From IMG/VR virus record IMGVR_UViG_3300044260_000061, positions 1-50,270 of that record: a stretch of DNA of 50,270 bases, one strand, 5' to 3'. The DNA is from a virus (Duplodnaviria > Caudoviricetes). Below the pieces are notes generated by a model. That model worked only from the letters and a program-made list of their open reading frames with translations, did no database searches and was not told the origin of the DNA. Both the position numbers and the translations under genes were made by a program. Shown in pieces: positions 33,511 through 42,854 of this stretch. Each line of letters starts with the position of its first letter. The stretch's first letter is position 1.

Positions 33511-35123
33511 GCCGCCCTCTCGGTCGAGACGCTCGGCGCGTTGCTGCGCACGAGGACCTCGGCCATCTCGGGGCAGACGCTGTTACCGATGAGGCGCACC
33601 TTTGCCGACTTCGTCCGCGCCGCGGAGAGGTCGTAGGCGGCCGAGAAGCGCCCGAACTGCGCGGCGAGCAGCTCGTGCGGCTCGAGCATGCGCATGCCGA
33701 TGTCGACGATCTGGTAGTCGGTGCCCTCGACGGTCACCAGGCCGAGCCGGTGCTTCGCGGTGAGCGTGCGCGCTGGCTCGTCGAGCCGCTGGCCCTTGCC
33801 TAGCGTGCCGTCGCTGCCATAGAAAGCGGTGAGGAAGGCGCGCACCTCGGCGATGTGGTTCGAATCGGCGGTGACAGTAGGCATCGGCGTCCCGATCGGG
33901 ACACCCGTGTCGTCGTGGTTGAACCGGATCAGAGTGGCGGCGGCGAGGCTGTGGTGATCCTTCGCGGTGACGGCGCCGACGGGGCGCTCGAGGTCGTGGC
34001 CTACTACGCCGCCGAAATGCTTCGCGAGGAACGCGGCGACGAGCGCGTGCTTCTGGCCGCCGGCGACGACGGTGCCGAGCGGCTGGTGGATGTCGAGGTA
34101 GCGCGGCCGTTGCCCTTCGCGCTCGCCCCAGCTCGTCTGGATGAGGGTCGGAGCGACGAGGGCATGGCCACGCTGCGTCGCGGTCACTGTGGAGAGAGGC
34201 TCCTCGGCGGCCTCGCCGCGAGGTTCCCACCTCCCGTGGTTCACCTTGACAATGCTGGGCGCCACCAAGCCGACGCGGTTCGACGTGTCCTGCGTCGTCA
34301 AGGGCTCGTCGATGCCCTGGCCGCGCCAGAGCCCTCCGTTGTAGCGGACGATGAACGGCCGCGGGTTCTCGAGGACGAACCGCCGGATGCCCTGCGCGAT
34401 GCGCCACAGCGTCTTCTCGGCGAGCGGCTTCTTCCGCTCGAAGATCGAGGGGCACGGCAGCGACCAGTCGATGCACTCCGCGGCGGTGCGCGCCGTGAGC
34501 AGGCCCGGGCCCTTGCCGTGCGTCGGCAACGGCCAGCGGACCGGCTGCCCATCGCATCGCGCCACGATGAAGAGCCGCTTCCGGCGCGTCGGCGCGCCGT
34601 AGGCGGAGGCGTCAAGCACGCGGTGGTCGACCACGTAGCCGAGGCGCTCGAGCTTGCGGCGCCACCGGATGAACGTCTGACCCATGCGCCGCTTGTCGGG
34701 CCTGCCGTCGGCGCCGAGCGGGCCCCAGCCGCGGAACTCCGCGACGTTCTCGAGGAAGATCACAGACGGTCGTACGGCGGCGGCCCAGCGCACGACGGCC
34801 CACGCGAGCGAGCGGATGTTCTGCTTCTTCGGGACGTCGCCCTTCGCAATGCTGAAGTGCGTACAGTCGGGGGAGGCCCAGAGCAGCGCCACGGGGCGGC
34901 CCTCCGTGGCCTCCGTCGGGCGCACTTCCCAGATATCGGCGTCGAGGTGCCGCGTCCGCGGGTGGTTCGCCTTGTGGACCGCGAGCGCGACCGCGTCGTG
35001 GTTGATCGCCACGTCGACGGGCCGCCCGAGGGCTGCCTCGATCCCTGCGCTTGCCCCGCCGCCGCCCGCGAAAAGGTCGACGATCAGGCCATCGCGCCCG
35101 CAGTCTCGGATTCTGTCCATCAC
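33507..35123 (-). CDS. DNA (cytosine-5)-methyltransferase (538 aa)
   Basis: DLFAGGGGAS (motif I), WASPDCTHFS (catalytic Cys), ENV, R.RLF and IGNSV. Repeated PL.TVT target-recognition segments; no cognate restriction enzyme seen. Confidence 0.93.
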   Translation of the reverse strand: MMDRIRDCGRDGLIVDLFAGGGGASAGIEAALGRPVDVAINHDAVALAVHKANHPRTRHLDADIWEVRPTEATEGRPVALLWASPDCTHFSIAKGDVPKKQNIRSLAWAVVRWAAAVRPSVIFLENVAEFRGWGPLGADGRPDKRRMGQTFIRWRRKLERLGYVVDHRVLDASAYGAPTRRKRLFIVARCDGQPVRWPLPTHGKGPGLLTARTAAECIDWSLPCPSIFERKKPLAEKTLWRIAQGIRRFVLENPRPFIVRYNGGLWRGQGIDEPLTTQDTSNRVGLVAPSIVKVNHGRWEPRGEAAEEPLSTVTATQRGHALVAPTLIQTSWGEREGQRPRYLDIHQPLGTVVAGGQKHALVAAFLAKHFGGVVGHDLERPVGAVTAKDHHSLAAATLIRFNHDDTGVPIGTPMPTVTADSNHIAEVRAFLTAFYGSDGTLGKGQRLDEPARTLTAKHRLGLVTVEGTDYQIVDIGMRMLEPHELLAAQFGRFSAAYDLSAARTKSAKVRLIGNSVCPEMAEVLVRSNAPSVSTERAA

Positions 35124-36853
35124 GCGACCGCCGCCTCGCCGCGGAGGGTCCGCAGCGCCTCGGGGCCGACGACCGCGGCCACCACCTGGGCTCCTCTCGA
35201 GGCAATCTCGCGCAGCAGCGCGGCCCGGGCCTTCGGGTCGAGCTTCTCCATGCCGTCGAGGAGCACCAGGGGGAGGTGGGGGCGAGCCGGATCCGCCGGC
35301 CGGCTCCGCAGGAGCGAGACCTCGGTGGCCAGCTCGACGAGCCTTCCATCGTTGACTTGGCCGAGTGGTACGTTGTCGAGGAGGAGGGACTTCCTTCCCT
35401 TCTCGTCGAAGGCGATGCGCAACCCCTTGATCGGCAACCGCTCGGCGAGCTGCAGCCGGTACCGCTTGAGCGCCTCGATCCCCGCGGTGAGGGCGGCGGC
35501 GCGCGCGGCGTGCTCCCGCGCCTTCGCCTGGGCCTCGGCCGCGGTCGACCGGACGTGGCGGTCGGTCTCCGCCGTCTGCTGCTGTGCACGCAGCGCGGCG
35601 AGCTTCTCGCGCCCCTCGGCGAGCGTCCGCTTCTTCGCGTCGAGCGCGAAGCGGGCGTTCTCCCGCTTCTCCCGGGCGGCCTGGCGCGCCTTCTCCGCTG
35701 CCTCCTGGGCGGCGTCGATCTCCCCCTCCCCCCGGGTCTTCAGCGCGTCGATCGCGGTCTCCGTCTCCGCCAGGAGCTCGGCGATCCGGCGCTCGGCAGC
35801 TGCTCGCAGTTCGGCAGCTGCGGCCTCATGGGCGGCGCGGAGCCGGGCGGCCTCCGCCTTGAAGGCGCCCCCGATGCGCTCCTGGGCGACGCGGAGGGCC
35901 CCCGCGGCGGCCTGGGCGGCCTCGCGCTCCGCGGCGTCCGCGGCCTCCTCCTCGCGGGCGATCGCGTCGGCAAGGGCGGCGTTGTCGAACTCGGCCATCC
36001 GGACGTCCTTCTCGACGTCCCCCGGCGCCTCCGCCGGCAGGCCGGCCAGCAGCTTCGTCGCCGCGTCGTGCTCGGCGCGCTCCTGGCGGTTGACCTCGGT
36101 CCGGGAGGAGAAGACGGCCGCCTCGATCTGTTCCAGGTCCTCGAGTGGGTGGAGACCGGCGGGCAGAGGCGGCAGGCGGAACGTCTCGAGCCCCGCCGCC
36201 TTCAGCGCGGCCGCCCGGTCGTAGCCCGCGAGGGGCATCGCCGCCAGGACCGCGGTCGCCCGGGTCTCGTCGTCGGCTGCGAGCCAGGCCGCGGGGTTCG
36301 CCGCCTCGACGTCGATCAGGTCTCGGAGCCACTCGACGGGCCGGGGGACCTTCCGCCAGTCCTCCCCGACCCGCTCCCTCACCTCGGGGCTTCCGGCGCC
36401 TCTGCGGGTCACCTGGACCTCGCGGTCCTCGCCCACGAGGAGCACCTCGACGGAGGGTTCCTTGCCGTCGGAGTCCACGACGGAGTCGTCGATCCGGGCC
36501 AGCCGGGCGAGCGCCGTCCTGTCGATCCCGAGCGCCGAGCGGAGCGCCTTCAGGTGGGTGCTCTTCCCGGTGGCGTTCGCCCCCGCGAGCACGGTGATGT
36601 CGGCGAGGTCGATCGTCGAGTCCTCGACGCCGAGGACGCCATGGACCGTCAGGCGCGCGACCGTCAGGCGACCGGTGGGGGTCTTGGGGGCGGCGGGAGG
36701 CTCGAGCTTCGCGAGCGCCCGCGGGTCGCCGGCGTTCGCGCGCCGGAGGAGGTCGTCGCCGTCGATGCTGGCTCCGCCGGCGGGAGGGCGCCGCGGCGCC
36801 CCTGGCGAGGGGGCGAGGGGGAGCTGGGCCCCGGCCTTCTTCTTCGTGGCCAT
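35120..36853 (-). CDS. SMC/Rad50-like ATPase with long coiled coil (577 aa)
   Basis: Walker A GANATGKS, central coiled coil, degenerate signature LGQVNDGR, Walker B VLLDGMEKLD. Confidence 0.85.
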   Translation of the reverse strand: MATKKKAGAQLPLAPSPGAPRRPPAGGASIDGDDLLRRANAGDPRALAKLEPPAAPKTPTGRLTVARLTVHGVLGVEDSTIDLADITVLAGANATGKSTHLKALRSALGIDRTALARLARIDDSVVDSDGKEPSVEVLLVGEDREVQVTRRGAGSPEVRERVGEDWRKVPRPVEWLRDLIDVEAANPAAWLAADDETRATAVLAAMPLAGYDRAAALKAAGLETFRLPPLPAGLHPLEDLEQIEAAVFSSRTEVNRQERAEHDAATKLLAGLPAEAPGDVEKDVRMAEFDNAALADAIAREEEAADAAEREAAQAAAGALRVAQERIGGAFKAEAARLRAAHEAAAAELRAAAERRIAELLAETETAIDALKTRGEGEIDAAQEAAEKARQAAREKRENARFALDAKKRTLAEGREKLAALRAQQQTAETDRHVRSTAAEAQAKAREHAARAAALTAGIEALKRYRLQLAERLPIKGLRIAFDEKGRKSLLLDNVPLGQVNDGRLVELATEVSLLRSRPADPARPHLPLVLLDGMEKLDPKARAALLREIASRGAQVVAAVVGPEALRTLRGEAAVA

Positions 36854-36862
36854 GGGTGCGCC

Positions 36863-37708
36863 CTACTTCTCGCTCAGACGGCCCTGCCGCGGCTTCGCCT
36901 TCTCGGCCTCCACGGCCCCCGCGAACGGAGACTTCGTCCCGGGCTCCGCCGTCGTCGGCGTCGGGATCTCCTTCTCGGCGACCGCGTCGACGGGGGCGGC
37001 GCCGGCCGGCAGCGTCTGCGCCGCGGCGTGGAGCTTCTCGGTGAGCTGTGCCAGGCTCCGCGGGCGCTCCACCTCGACGGCGGTCGTCTCGACGATCTCC
37101 TCCTCGGCCGAGATCCCGAGCATGACCTCCGGCATGTGGCGCCGGGCCCACTCGCGGGCGCCGCGGTAGAAGAGCATCTGGTCGGGCATCGACTGCCACT
37201 TCTCATTCGAGGTCTTCCAGGCCCCGACCGTGCCGTCGATGGTCCGGTCCTCGGCCTCGCCCCGGATCAGGCCGATGATCGTCACCTTGCGGTCGGGCCC
37301 AAGGGCGGCGCCGGAGTAGACCGGCTTCAGGTTCGTCTCCAGGCGCCCGCTCGCGTTGATGAGGCCCGCGATCAGCTTCCCCTCGTAGCCGAGCTTTCCC
37401 TGCGTGACGAAGGTGTGCTGCGCCACAGAGAAGGGGTCCATGCGCCAGCGGAAGGCCTGGGCGGCGACGAGGAAGCAGTCGGCGATCTTCTCGTCTCCCC
37501 GCAGGTGCGCGGGCACGAGGTTCGCCTTCGCCATCATCTTCGCGACGCGCTGGAGCTGGTCGAAGATCCCAGTGTTCATGTAGAGCGACACCGGGTCATC
37601 GGCGTCGAAGGAGACGGCCGGGCGCGGCATGAGCGCCGAGGGCACGGCCGCGGCGGGCGGCACCTCTGCGGGGACGGGCTGGACTGGCGTCTGCGGACTC
37701 TCGGACAT
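36863..37708 (-). CDS. RecT/Red-beta-like single-strand annealing protein (281 aa)
   Basis: LVPAHLRG...DCFLV...WRMDPFSVAQ...GKLGYEGKLI...W...PDQMLFYR...WAR...PEVMLG; adjacent to the YqaJ exonuclease. Confidence 0.8.
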   Translation of the reverse strand: MSESPQTPVQPVPAEVPPAAAVPSALMPRPAVSFDADDPVSLYMNTGIFDQLQRVAKMMAKANLVPAHLRGDEKIADCFLVAAQAFRWRMDPFSVAQHTFVTQGKLGYEGKLIAGLINASGRLETNLKPVYSGAALGPDRKVTIIGLIRGEAEDRTIDGTVGAWKTSNEKWQSMPDQMLFYRGAREWARRHMPEVMLGISAEEEIVETTAVEVERPRSLAQLTEKLHAAAQTLPAGAAPVDAVAEKEIPTPTTAEPGTKSPFAGAVEAEKAKPRQGRLSEK

Positions 37709-37711
37709 TCG

Positions 37712-38668
37712 TTACCCCCTCTTGAACCGCGGGCGCCATCGGCGCAGCACGCGGAAACTGGTGGCCTGCACGGAGTACGCCCCGCGCTTCGTGAGCTTCA
37801 GCGTCAGGTACGACCCGTCCGTCAGCGCCCCAAATGACGCGGCCCCCATCCGGGCCCGGAGTTTGTTCTCGAGGTCGTCGCCGGTGGCCTTCGCCGCGGC
37901 CTCTCGAGCGCCGGCTGCCTCCCACTCCGCCACGAGGCGCTCGGCCTCCGCGTCGAGCGGTACGGTGGCTCCGTCTTCCCCCGCCCAGAGGCGGCGGATC
38001 GCCGCCGAGGTCCCCGGCTTGCCGTCCGCCTCGGGGGGGATCCGGTGCTCGACGTGCCACCGGAACCGCTCAAGCTGTGGAACCAGCGCGGCGAAGAACG
38101 TGTCATCTCGCACCAGGTCCACGGTGGCCAGCGGACCGGGCCCGACGAGCGCCGCGAGCGCGCCCCACCCGGACGCGGCGCACGCCATCTCCACCTGGAC
38201 CTGGACGACGTAGCCCAGCGGAGGCTCGTCCTTCCACTCGCGCGCGCTGCCGATCGCGAGCTTGATCTGGAGGGGAACGCGGCCGACGACGCGACCGTTC
38301 CGCGACTCGGCGACCGTGCCGCCGAAGGGATCGGGGGTAGCGGGGCACCCATCCGTCGTCCGATCGAGCGTCGCGCCAAGCCAGGGGATCGACGGGTGCC
38401 GCGTGATCTCGTACTCGCCGAGGGCGGCCACCGGCCGGCCCGTCTGCTCGGCGTAGTCCTCGGCGATCACCGCCTCGAAGCGCCGGCCCCGCCGCATCGG
38501 GATCGTCTCCTCGGCTTCGATGTCTCCGACCTTGGAGGCGTAGACGGCCAGCGGCCCGCGCCGCGGGTCCTCGCCGATGATGGCCGCGCAGTCGCTCGCG
38601 GTGACGAGGCGCCGCCGCTCCTGCAGCCACTGCTCCCGCGGCGAGTGGACGATCGCGGGGGCGCTCAT
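37712..38668 (-). CDS. YqaJ / lambda-exonuclease family protein (318 aa)
   Basis: WLQERRRLVTASDCAAIIG, MRRGRRFE, HPSIPWLGATLD, QIK and YVVQVQ motifs. Confidence 0.88.
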   Translation of the reverse strand: MSAPAIVHSPREQWLQERRRLVTASDCAAIIGEDPRRGPLAVYASKVGDIEAEETIPMRRGRRFEAVIAEDYAEQTGRPVAALGEYEITRHPSIPWLGATLDRTTDGCPATPDPFGGTVAESRNGRVVGRVPLQIKLAIGSAREWKDEPPLGYVVQVQVEMACAASGWGALAALVGPGPLATVDLVRDDTFFAALVPQLERFRWHVEHRIPPEADGKPGTSAAIRRLWAGEDGATVPLDAEAERLVAEWEAAGAREAAAKATGDDLENKLRARMGAASFGALTDGSYLTLKLTKRGAYSVQATSFRVLRRWRPRFKRG

Positions 38669-38838
38669 CGGTGGCTTCCGTACCGGCCACCCCGCCCGAT
38701 CATCCGGGCGTGGTACTCGCGGCGCACGGCCTCGTACGCACGAGCAGCGAGCCAGGCGAAGCCGAGCACCAGGAGGAAGGCGACCGGGACCATCAGCAGG
38801 CCGAGCGCGACCTTCGCGGCGAGCTCGTGGCCGCTCAT
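38665..38838 (-). CDS. small single-TM protein (57 aa)
   Basis: VALGLLMVPVAFLLVLGFAWLAA; ATGA coupling. Confidence 0.55.
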   Translation of the reverse strand: MSGHELAAKVALGLLMVPVAFLLVLGFAWLAARAYEAVRREYHARMIGRGGRYGSHR

Positions 38839-39026
38839 GCGGCGGCCCGCGCGCGCTGCCGGAAGAGCGAGGCCAGAACAGCGAGGGCGAGCCAGGTGCG
38901 CCACGTCCAAGGGATCGCGCCCCCGAGTTGGTTCACCGACCAGATGAGCGTCGGCGGCACTAGGAGCGCCTCGCCGAGGAACCGACCAACGATGGTCGCG
39001 AGCTTCGACCTGCTTTCGCGGTTCAC
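38835..39026 (-). CDS. small membrane protein (63 aa)
   Basis: Hydrophobic, Trp-rich; GTGA coupling. Confidence 0.55.
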   Translation of the reverse strand: MNRESRSKLATIVGRFLGEALLVPPTLIWSVNQLGGAIPWTWRTWLALAVLASLFRQRARAAA

Positions 39027-39226
39027 TGCTGCACCGCCCGGCCGAGCTGCCACGTCCGCGCCCGCCGGCGCGCCTCCTCGAGCTGCGCCGCGATCGCCGC
39101 CTCGCGCGCCTGAAGCGATGCCTCGAAGCATCCGGCACAGAACGAGGTCAGGCGCTGAGGCTCGCGACAGACGGGGCAGCAGGTGCCCGGCTCGGGCTCC
39201 TCGAGGGATAGGAGCGGGGCGGTCAT
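39023..39226 (-). CDS. small Zn-finger protein (67 aa)
   Basis: CPVC...CAGC; ATGA coupling. Confidence 0.55.
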   Translation of the reverse strand: MTAPLLSLEEPEPGTCCPVCREPQRLTSFCAGCFEASLQAREAAIAAQLEEARRRARTWQLGRAVQQ

Positions 39227-39588
39227 CGGTCGCCCCGCAGGCCAGGAACCGCGCGGAAGGCAGCATGAGCGGCAAAGATCGCCGGTATCACCCCGAGGTT
39301 GCGCTCCCAGAACCGCGGCGTCAGCGCCAAGCCGCTCCGACACCGCCAAGCGAAATCGCTCGTGTTCTGCCGCAGGTACCGGAGCAACGTCTCCGCGTCC
39401 GCCAGCGCGTCCGCCCGAGCGGGTTGCTCGACGGGCACTTCGCCGTCTCCCCCGCACGCGCCGCACAGCTCGAACGGCCACGCGATGTCCCCGCCCTGCC
39501 ACTCGGGGCCGAGTCCTGTGCCATCGCATCCGAGACAGAGACGGTGGCCAGGGGTGAGGATCGTCCGGGCCTGCTCACTCGGACTCAC
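39223..39588 (-). CDS. protein with DnaJ-type CxxCxGxG pair (121 aa)
   Basis: CLGCDGTG...CGACGGDG. Confidence 0.6.
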   Translation of the reverse strand: MSPSEQARTILTPGHRLCLGCDGTGLGPEWQGGDIAWPFELCGACGGDGEVPVEQPARADALADAETLLRYLRQNTSDFAWRCRSGLALTPRFWERNLGVIPAIFAAHAAFRAVPGLRGDR

Positions 39589-39830
39589 AGCACGTCCCCG
39601 AGGGCCGACGGGTCGCGCCGGTCATGGACCCGCCTGTACATCTCGTAGGCGTCCACGCCCGCCCTGAAGGCGGCCACGGTCGGTCCGGGGCCGTCGGCGG
39701 TCATCACGCGCCACCCCCAGGCCAGCGCGTGGTCCCGCACCAGGTCCCTCTGCCGGGTCTGCCGCACCGGCTGCGGCTCCGGGGCCTCGATCGGCTCCGG
39801 TGCGATTCGGGAATGGGTATCGGCGGTCAT
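39585..39830 (-). CDS. hypothetical protein (81 aa)
   Basis: ATG after GAGG; stop coupled to the next gene. Confidence 0.55.
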   Translation of the reverse strand: MTADTHSRIAPEPIEAPEPQPVRQTRQRDLVRDHALAWGWRVMTADGPGPTVAAFRAGVDAYEMYRRVHDRRDPSALGDVL

Positions 39831-39849
39831 GGCTGGCCTCGGTTCCTTT

Positions 39850-40467
39850 CTAGGCGTCCTCGGATTGGAAGACCCAGTCGACGCCCTTCAGCATCCCGTC
39901 GCGGTCCGCCTGGGCGAGACTCGACCAGAAGTCGAGCGCCTTCTCCGAGCCGTACGACACGGCGGGCGCGCTCTTCTTCAGGAACTTGGCGAGCGCCTCC
40001 AGGTCGGCGACGGTCTCGCTCGCCGCCGCCGCGATCGCCTTCTCGAGGTCGTTTGCGATCAGGGCTCTGAGGAAGTGCTCCGGGATCATGCCCCGCTGGA
40101 TGAAGCGCACGAGCTCCCTGCGCAGATGGTCCGGGACGGGGTCGAGGAAGCCTCCCGTCGGCGGGGGCTCCACTCCGACCCCCTCCCGCAGCCTCTTGGC
40201 GATCTGCTGGGCCGCCTCGGCGACGGCGCTCTGCGACCCCTTCTCCCCGGTCGGCTTCATGCTGTCGAGCGCGTCGGCCACCTCCTTCGGCCGGCCCGCG
40301 ATCACCTTCGAGAAGAGCTCGCCCCCGGGGTGCGGGACGACCTTCCCCTGGCTACTCGCGGCGAAGAAGGCGTCGTTCAGGGCTGCGGCGGCCACCGACG
40401 CGACGTCGTCGTCGACGGCCTCGAAGACGTACGGGTCGCCGGGGCTGATCAGTTCGTAGAGCGTCAT
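39850..40467 (-). CDS. hypothetical protein (205 aa)
   Basis: Start MTLYELISPGDPY at 40467 (ATGA); C-terminal HFLRALIANDL...AP...YGS...W motif seen in phage proteins. Confidence 0.65.
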   Translation of the reverse strand: MTLYELISPGDPYVFEAVDDDVASVAAAALNDAFFAASSQGKVVPHPGGELFSKVIAGRPKEVADALDSMKPTGEKGSQSAVAEAAQQIAKRLREGVGVEPPPTGGFLDPVPDHLRRELVRFIQRGMIPEHFLRALIANDLEKAIAAAASETVADLEALAKFLKKSAPAVSYGSEKALDFWSSLAQADRDGMLKGVDWVFQSEDA

Positions 40468-40592
40468 CGCGTCAGCGCCCCCAGGAAGGCGACGATGTAG
40501 AGGACCCCGAGCAACAGGATCCCGGCGTAGACGAGCCCCAAGATCCGGGACTCGACCATGCGAGGGCGACTCGTGAATGCCATCGGCGTCAT
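40464..40592 (-). CDS. tiny single-TM peptide (42 aa)
   Basis: Own translation MTPMAFTSRPRMVESRILGLVYAGILLLGVLYIVAFLGALTR; GGAGG upstream. Confidence 0.6.
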   Translation of the reverse strand: MTPMAFTSRPRMVESRILGLVYAGILLLGVLYIVAFLGALTR

Positions 40593-40598
40593 CGGTCT

Positions 40599-40916
40599 TC
40601 AACCTCCCTGGGTGAGGCGGCGTTCGTACGTCTGCAGCGCCGAGCGCCGCACGTACCAGCCGCCGTTCTTCATCGCCGCGATGCGGCCGCGCGCGCACTC
40701 GTTCCGAATGTGGCTCTCGCTGCAACGCAGCTCGGCCGCGGCCTCGGCGGCGGAGAGGAGCGGGTCCTCCTGCGCCTCCTGGTCCGCGATGTCGGCCAGG
40801 TGGAGCGCGAGGACACCGAGCTCGTCGAGGGCCCTCGCGACCTTGCGGAGCGCGAGGGCGACGCTCGGGCGGTCCTCATCGGGAGGAGGCGCGAGGCGGA
40901 GCGGGGTCGCGGTCAC
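40599..40916 (-). CDS. excisionase-like HTH_17 protein (105 aa)
   Basis: LLSAAEAAAELRCSESHIRNECARGRIAAMKNGGWYV, a MerR-like wHTH. Confidence 0.7.
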   Translation of the reverse strand: MTATPLRLAPPPDEDRPSVALALRKVARALDELGVLALHLADIADQEAQEDPLLSAAEAAAELRCSESHIRNECARGRIAAMKNGGWYVRRSALQTYERRLTQGG

Positions 40917-41635
40917 TGGAGCACCAGATCGGTAGACGGCCCACGGAGCGGTCGCGCGCAATACCGCGAGTCCAGCCACGTCAGCCCGAGCGGCGTCACA
41001 AGGGCCTGTGTCGTCACGTCCTCGTCGTGGTCGCCGATGACGACAGCGCGGACACGAAAGCGGCCCTCCGTGACGTGCTTCGCGTAGGGCTCCAGCCGCC
41101 CGCGGGCGTCACGGAAGAGGATCGCGTCGGAGAGCAGCCTGGAGACGAATTCCTTCTCGGGGATCCGGAGTGCCTTCGCCGCCTTGCGCAGGGAGAGGTC
41201 CCCGCCGGCCGCGGCGAGACGATCGAAGGCCTGGACCTTCGGGAGCAGCTCGGCATGCTCAGCCCGAAGCCGCTGGTTCTCAGCGTGCGCCAGGATGACG
41301 GCGCGGGCCATCACGGCGCTTGGGCTATTCCATAGCTCCTCGATCCTGATGAGCGCCTGGCGTGCCTCGAGCGCCTGCGGGCCGCGCGTCGAGATCGCAA
41401 TGAGCTTCGCGGTCGGCAGGCTCAGCGCGTACTCGGTAGCTGGCCGGCCGCCCTGGGGGTTTTCGCCGGAACCGGCGAAAACCTCGAAGTCGCGCCCCTG
41501 CACCAGTTCGAAGCGGGCGATCTGGTCCTTGACCCAGTTCGTGAAGTCGCGTCCGACGCCGAGCGCCGCGTGGAGTTGCCGCGCGTCAATGCCCTGCCTG
41601 GCTTCGTCGGTGGTGACGGCGAGCGCGTCGATCAT
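40913..41635 (-). CDS. antirepressor (AntA/AntB N-domain plus KilAC/ANT C-domain, 240 aa)
   Basis: IDARQLHAALGVGRDFTNWVK...GGRPATEYALSL; PKVQAFD...AAKAL...VTPLGLTWL. Confidence 0.9.
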   Translation of the reverse strand: MIDALAVTTDEARQGIDARQLHAALGVGRDFTNWVKDQIARFELVQGRDFEVFAGSGENPQGGRPATEYALSLPTAKLIAISTRGPQALEARQALIRIEELWNSPSAVMARAVILAHAENQRLRAEHAELLPKVQAFDRLAAAGGDLSLRKAAKALRIPEKEFVSRLLSDAILFRDARGRLEPYAKHVTEGRFRVRAVVIGDHDEDVTTQALVTPLGLTWLDSRYCARPLRGPSTDLVLQ

Positions 41636-42204
41636 CTCGTCGCCTCCGCTGCCATCGCCGCGCCTTCGAAGGCCGCCGCTGCGCCTCGGAGCTCGCCCGC
41701 GCGCGCCCGGAGGGACGCGGCTTCCGAGGGGTCCACGACCCCGTCGGCGACGGCGCGCGTCACGTCCCCGAGCGCCTCCGTCGCGATCTGGGCGGCCATG
41801 ATCGCCGTCTCAACAACCGACCCCGGCGCCGTGGCCACCGGCAGCAGGCCCTGCCCCACCGCGCGCGCCAGGAGCGTCAGGGCCGCGACGGTCGCCGCCC
41901 GCGCCTCCCGGGTCGGGTCCGTCGCCAGCCGGCAGATGTCGCCGAGCGGCATCGAGCGTTCGCCGCGCAGGGCCTCGCGGAAGTGCTCGGGACAGTGGGT
42001 CCCGGAAAGCATGGAGGCGACGCCCCGCAGCTCAGCCTGGAGCGCGTCGAGGACGCAGGCCTCGAGGTCGACCGCACGGGGGAACCGGGCGTCGAGCCGC
42101 TGTGCCCGGAGGGCCACCTGGTCGCGGATCCGGTCCGCGGTCGTCGGGTGCGGATCTGGTTCCGGGACGCAGGAGAGCCGTAGATTCGTGGCCATGAGGC
42201 TCAC
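41632..42204 (-). CDS. CII-like phage regulatory protein
   Basis: Directly after cro; C-terminal ALGDVTRAVADGVVDPSE motif of the CII family. Confidence 0.6.
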   Translation of the reverse strand: MSLMATNLRLSCVPEPDPHPTTADRIRDQVALRAQRLDARFPRAVDLEACVLDALQAELRGVASMLSGTHCPEHFREALRGERSMPLGDICRLATDPTREARAATVAALTLLARAVGQGLLPVATAPGSVVETAIMAAQIATEALGDVTRAVADGVVDPSEAASLRARAGELRGAAAAFEGAAMAAEATR

Positions 42205-42443
42205 TCAGCGGCGGGATCGGACGAGGAGCCCACCAGGTCATCGGCGGAAAGGCCGGGCACGTACCGCCGGAGGACAGCCAGCGCCCGAAACAGCTCGTCA
42301 GAGGGCGGAGAGAACTCCGTCTTCCAGCGAGTCACCGTCTCGGGAGCAACCCCCATTTCGGTGGCTATGTCCTTCTGTGTCAGGTCGTTGGCTGAGCAGA
42401 TCCGTTCAAGAACGACCCCGAATCCGGTAATTGAGCGTGCCAT
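42201..42443 (-). CDS. Cro-like XRE regulator (80 aa)
   Basis: LTQKDIATEMGVAPETVTRWK HTH; divergent from the repressor; apparently leaderless. Confidence 0.85.
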   Translation of the reverse strand: MARSITGFGVVLERICSANDLTQKDIATEMGVAPETVTRWKTEFSPPSDELFRALAVLRRYVPGLSADDLVGSSSDPAAE

Positions 42444-42481
42444 CAAGATTGAAGATAGGTACGCTTGATCGTAAAGTCAAG
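42431..42481. promoter_or_regulatory. two operator-like inverted repeats TTGA-N8-TCAA
   Basis: TTGAGCGTGCCATCAA (42431-42446) and CTTGATCGTAAAGTCAAG (42464-42481) overlap the cro start and the -35 box. Confidence 0.7.
42452..42480 (-). promoter_or_regulatory. sigma70-type lytic promoter for cro
   Basis: TTGACT-17 nt-TATCTT, ending 8 nt before the cro ATG. Confidence 0.75.
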
Positions 42482-42512
42482 TACTTTCTCGCGGACGGTG
42501 TACCGTTCGGCG

Positions 42513-42854
42513 GTGGCTGGGAAACCGCGGGCGATGGCCGTCCTGTCGAAGCGGGTGAAGATGCTGCCGCGGGGGACTCAGAAGGTGGTCGCCGAGTTGG
42601 CTGGCCTCAGCGCGGAGACCATCACCCGGTGGAAGGGCGGTCACGGGAATCCGAGGCTCGGCGACCTGGAGGCCTTCGCCGACGTGCTCGGAGTTTCGGT
42701 GGCCTACCTGGTCGACGCGGCGCGTGTGGAGGCGCCGAAGATCCCGCCTACGAGCGCCGACGGGAGGCGCCTCGAGAGGCTCGTCCGCGACGGCGAGCGA
42801 ATCGAGGCGGAACTGCCGAAGGCGTTGGACGCGGTCCGAGGTCGGACGCGATGA
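42513..42854 (+). CDS. CI-like XRE repressor lacking a peptidase domain
   Basis: TQKVVAELAGLSAETITRWKGGHGNPRLGDLEAFADVLGVSVAYL. Start GTG 42513 or ATG 42534. Confidence 0.85.
   Translation: MAGKPRAMAVLSKRVKMLPRGTQKVVAELAGLSAETITRWKGGHGNPRLGDLEAFADVLGVSVAYLVDAARVEAPKIPPTSADGRRLERLVRDGERIEAELPKALDAVRGRTR

Noticed and set aside
33507-35123. Restriction-modification system
   Set aside because: No adjacent restriction endonuclease; orphan C5 methyltransferases of this type are common in temperate phages.
33855-37837. Long plus-strand ORFs (789 aa, 928 aa) and many similar antisense ORFs across the window
   Set aside because: Antisense to well-supported genes; expected from stop-codon scarcity at high GC; no motifs.
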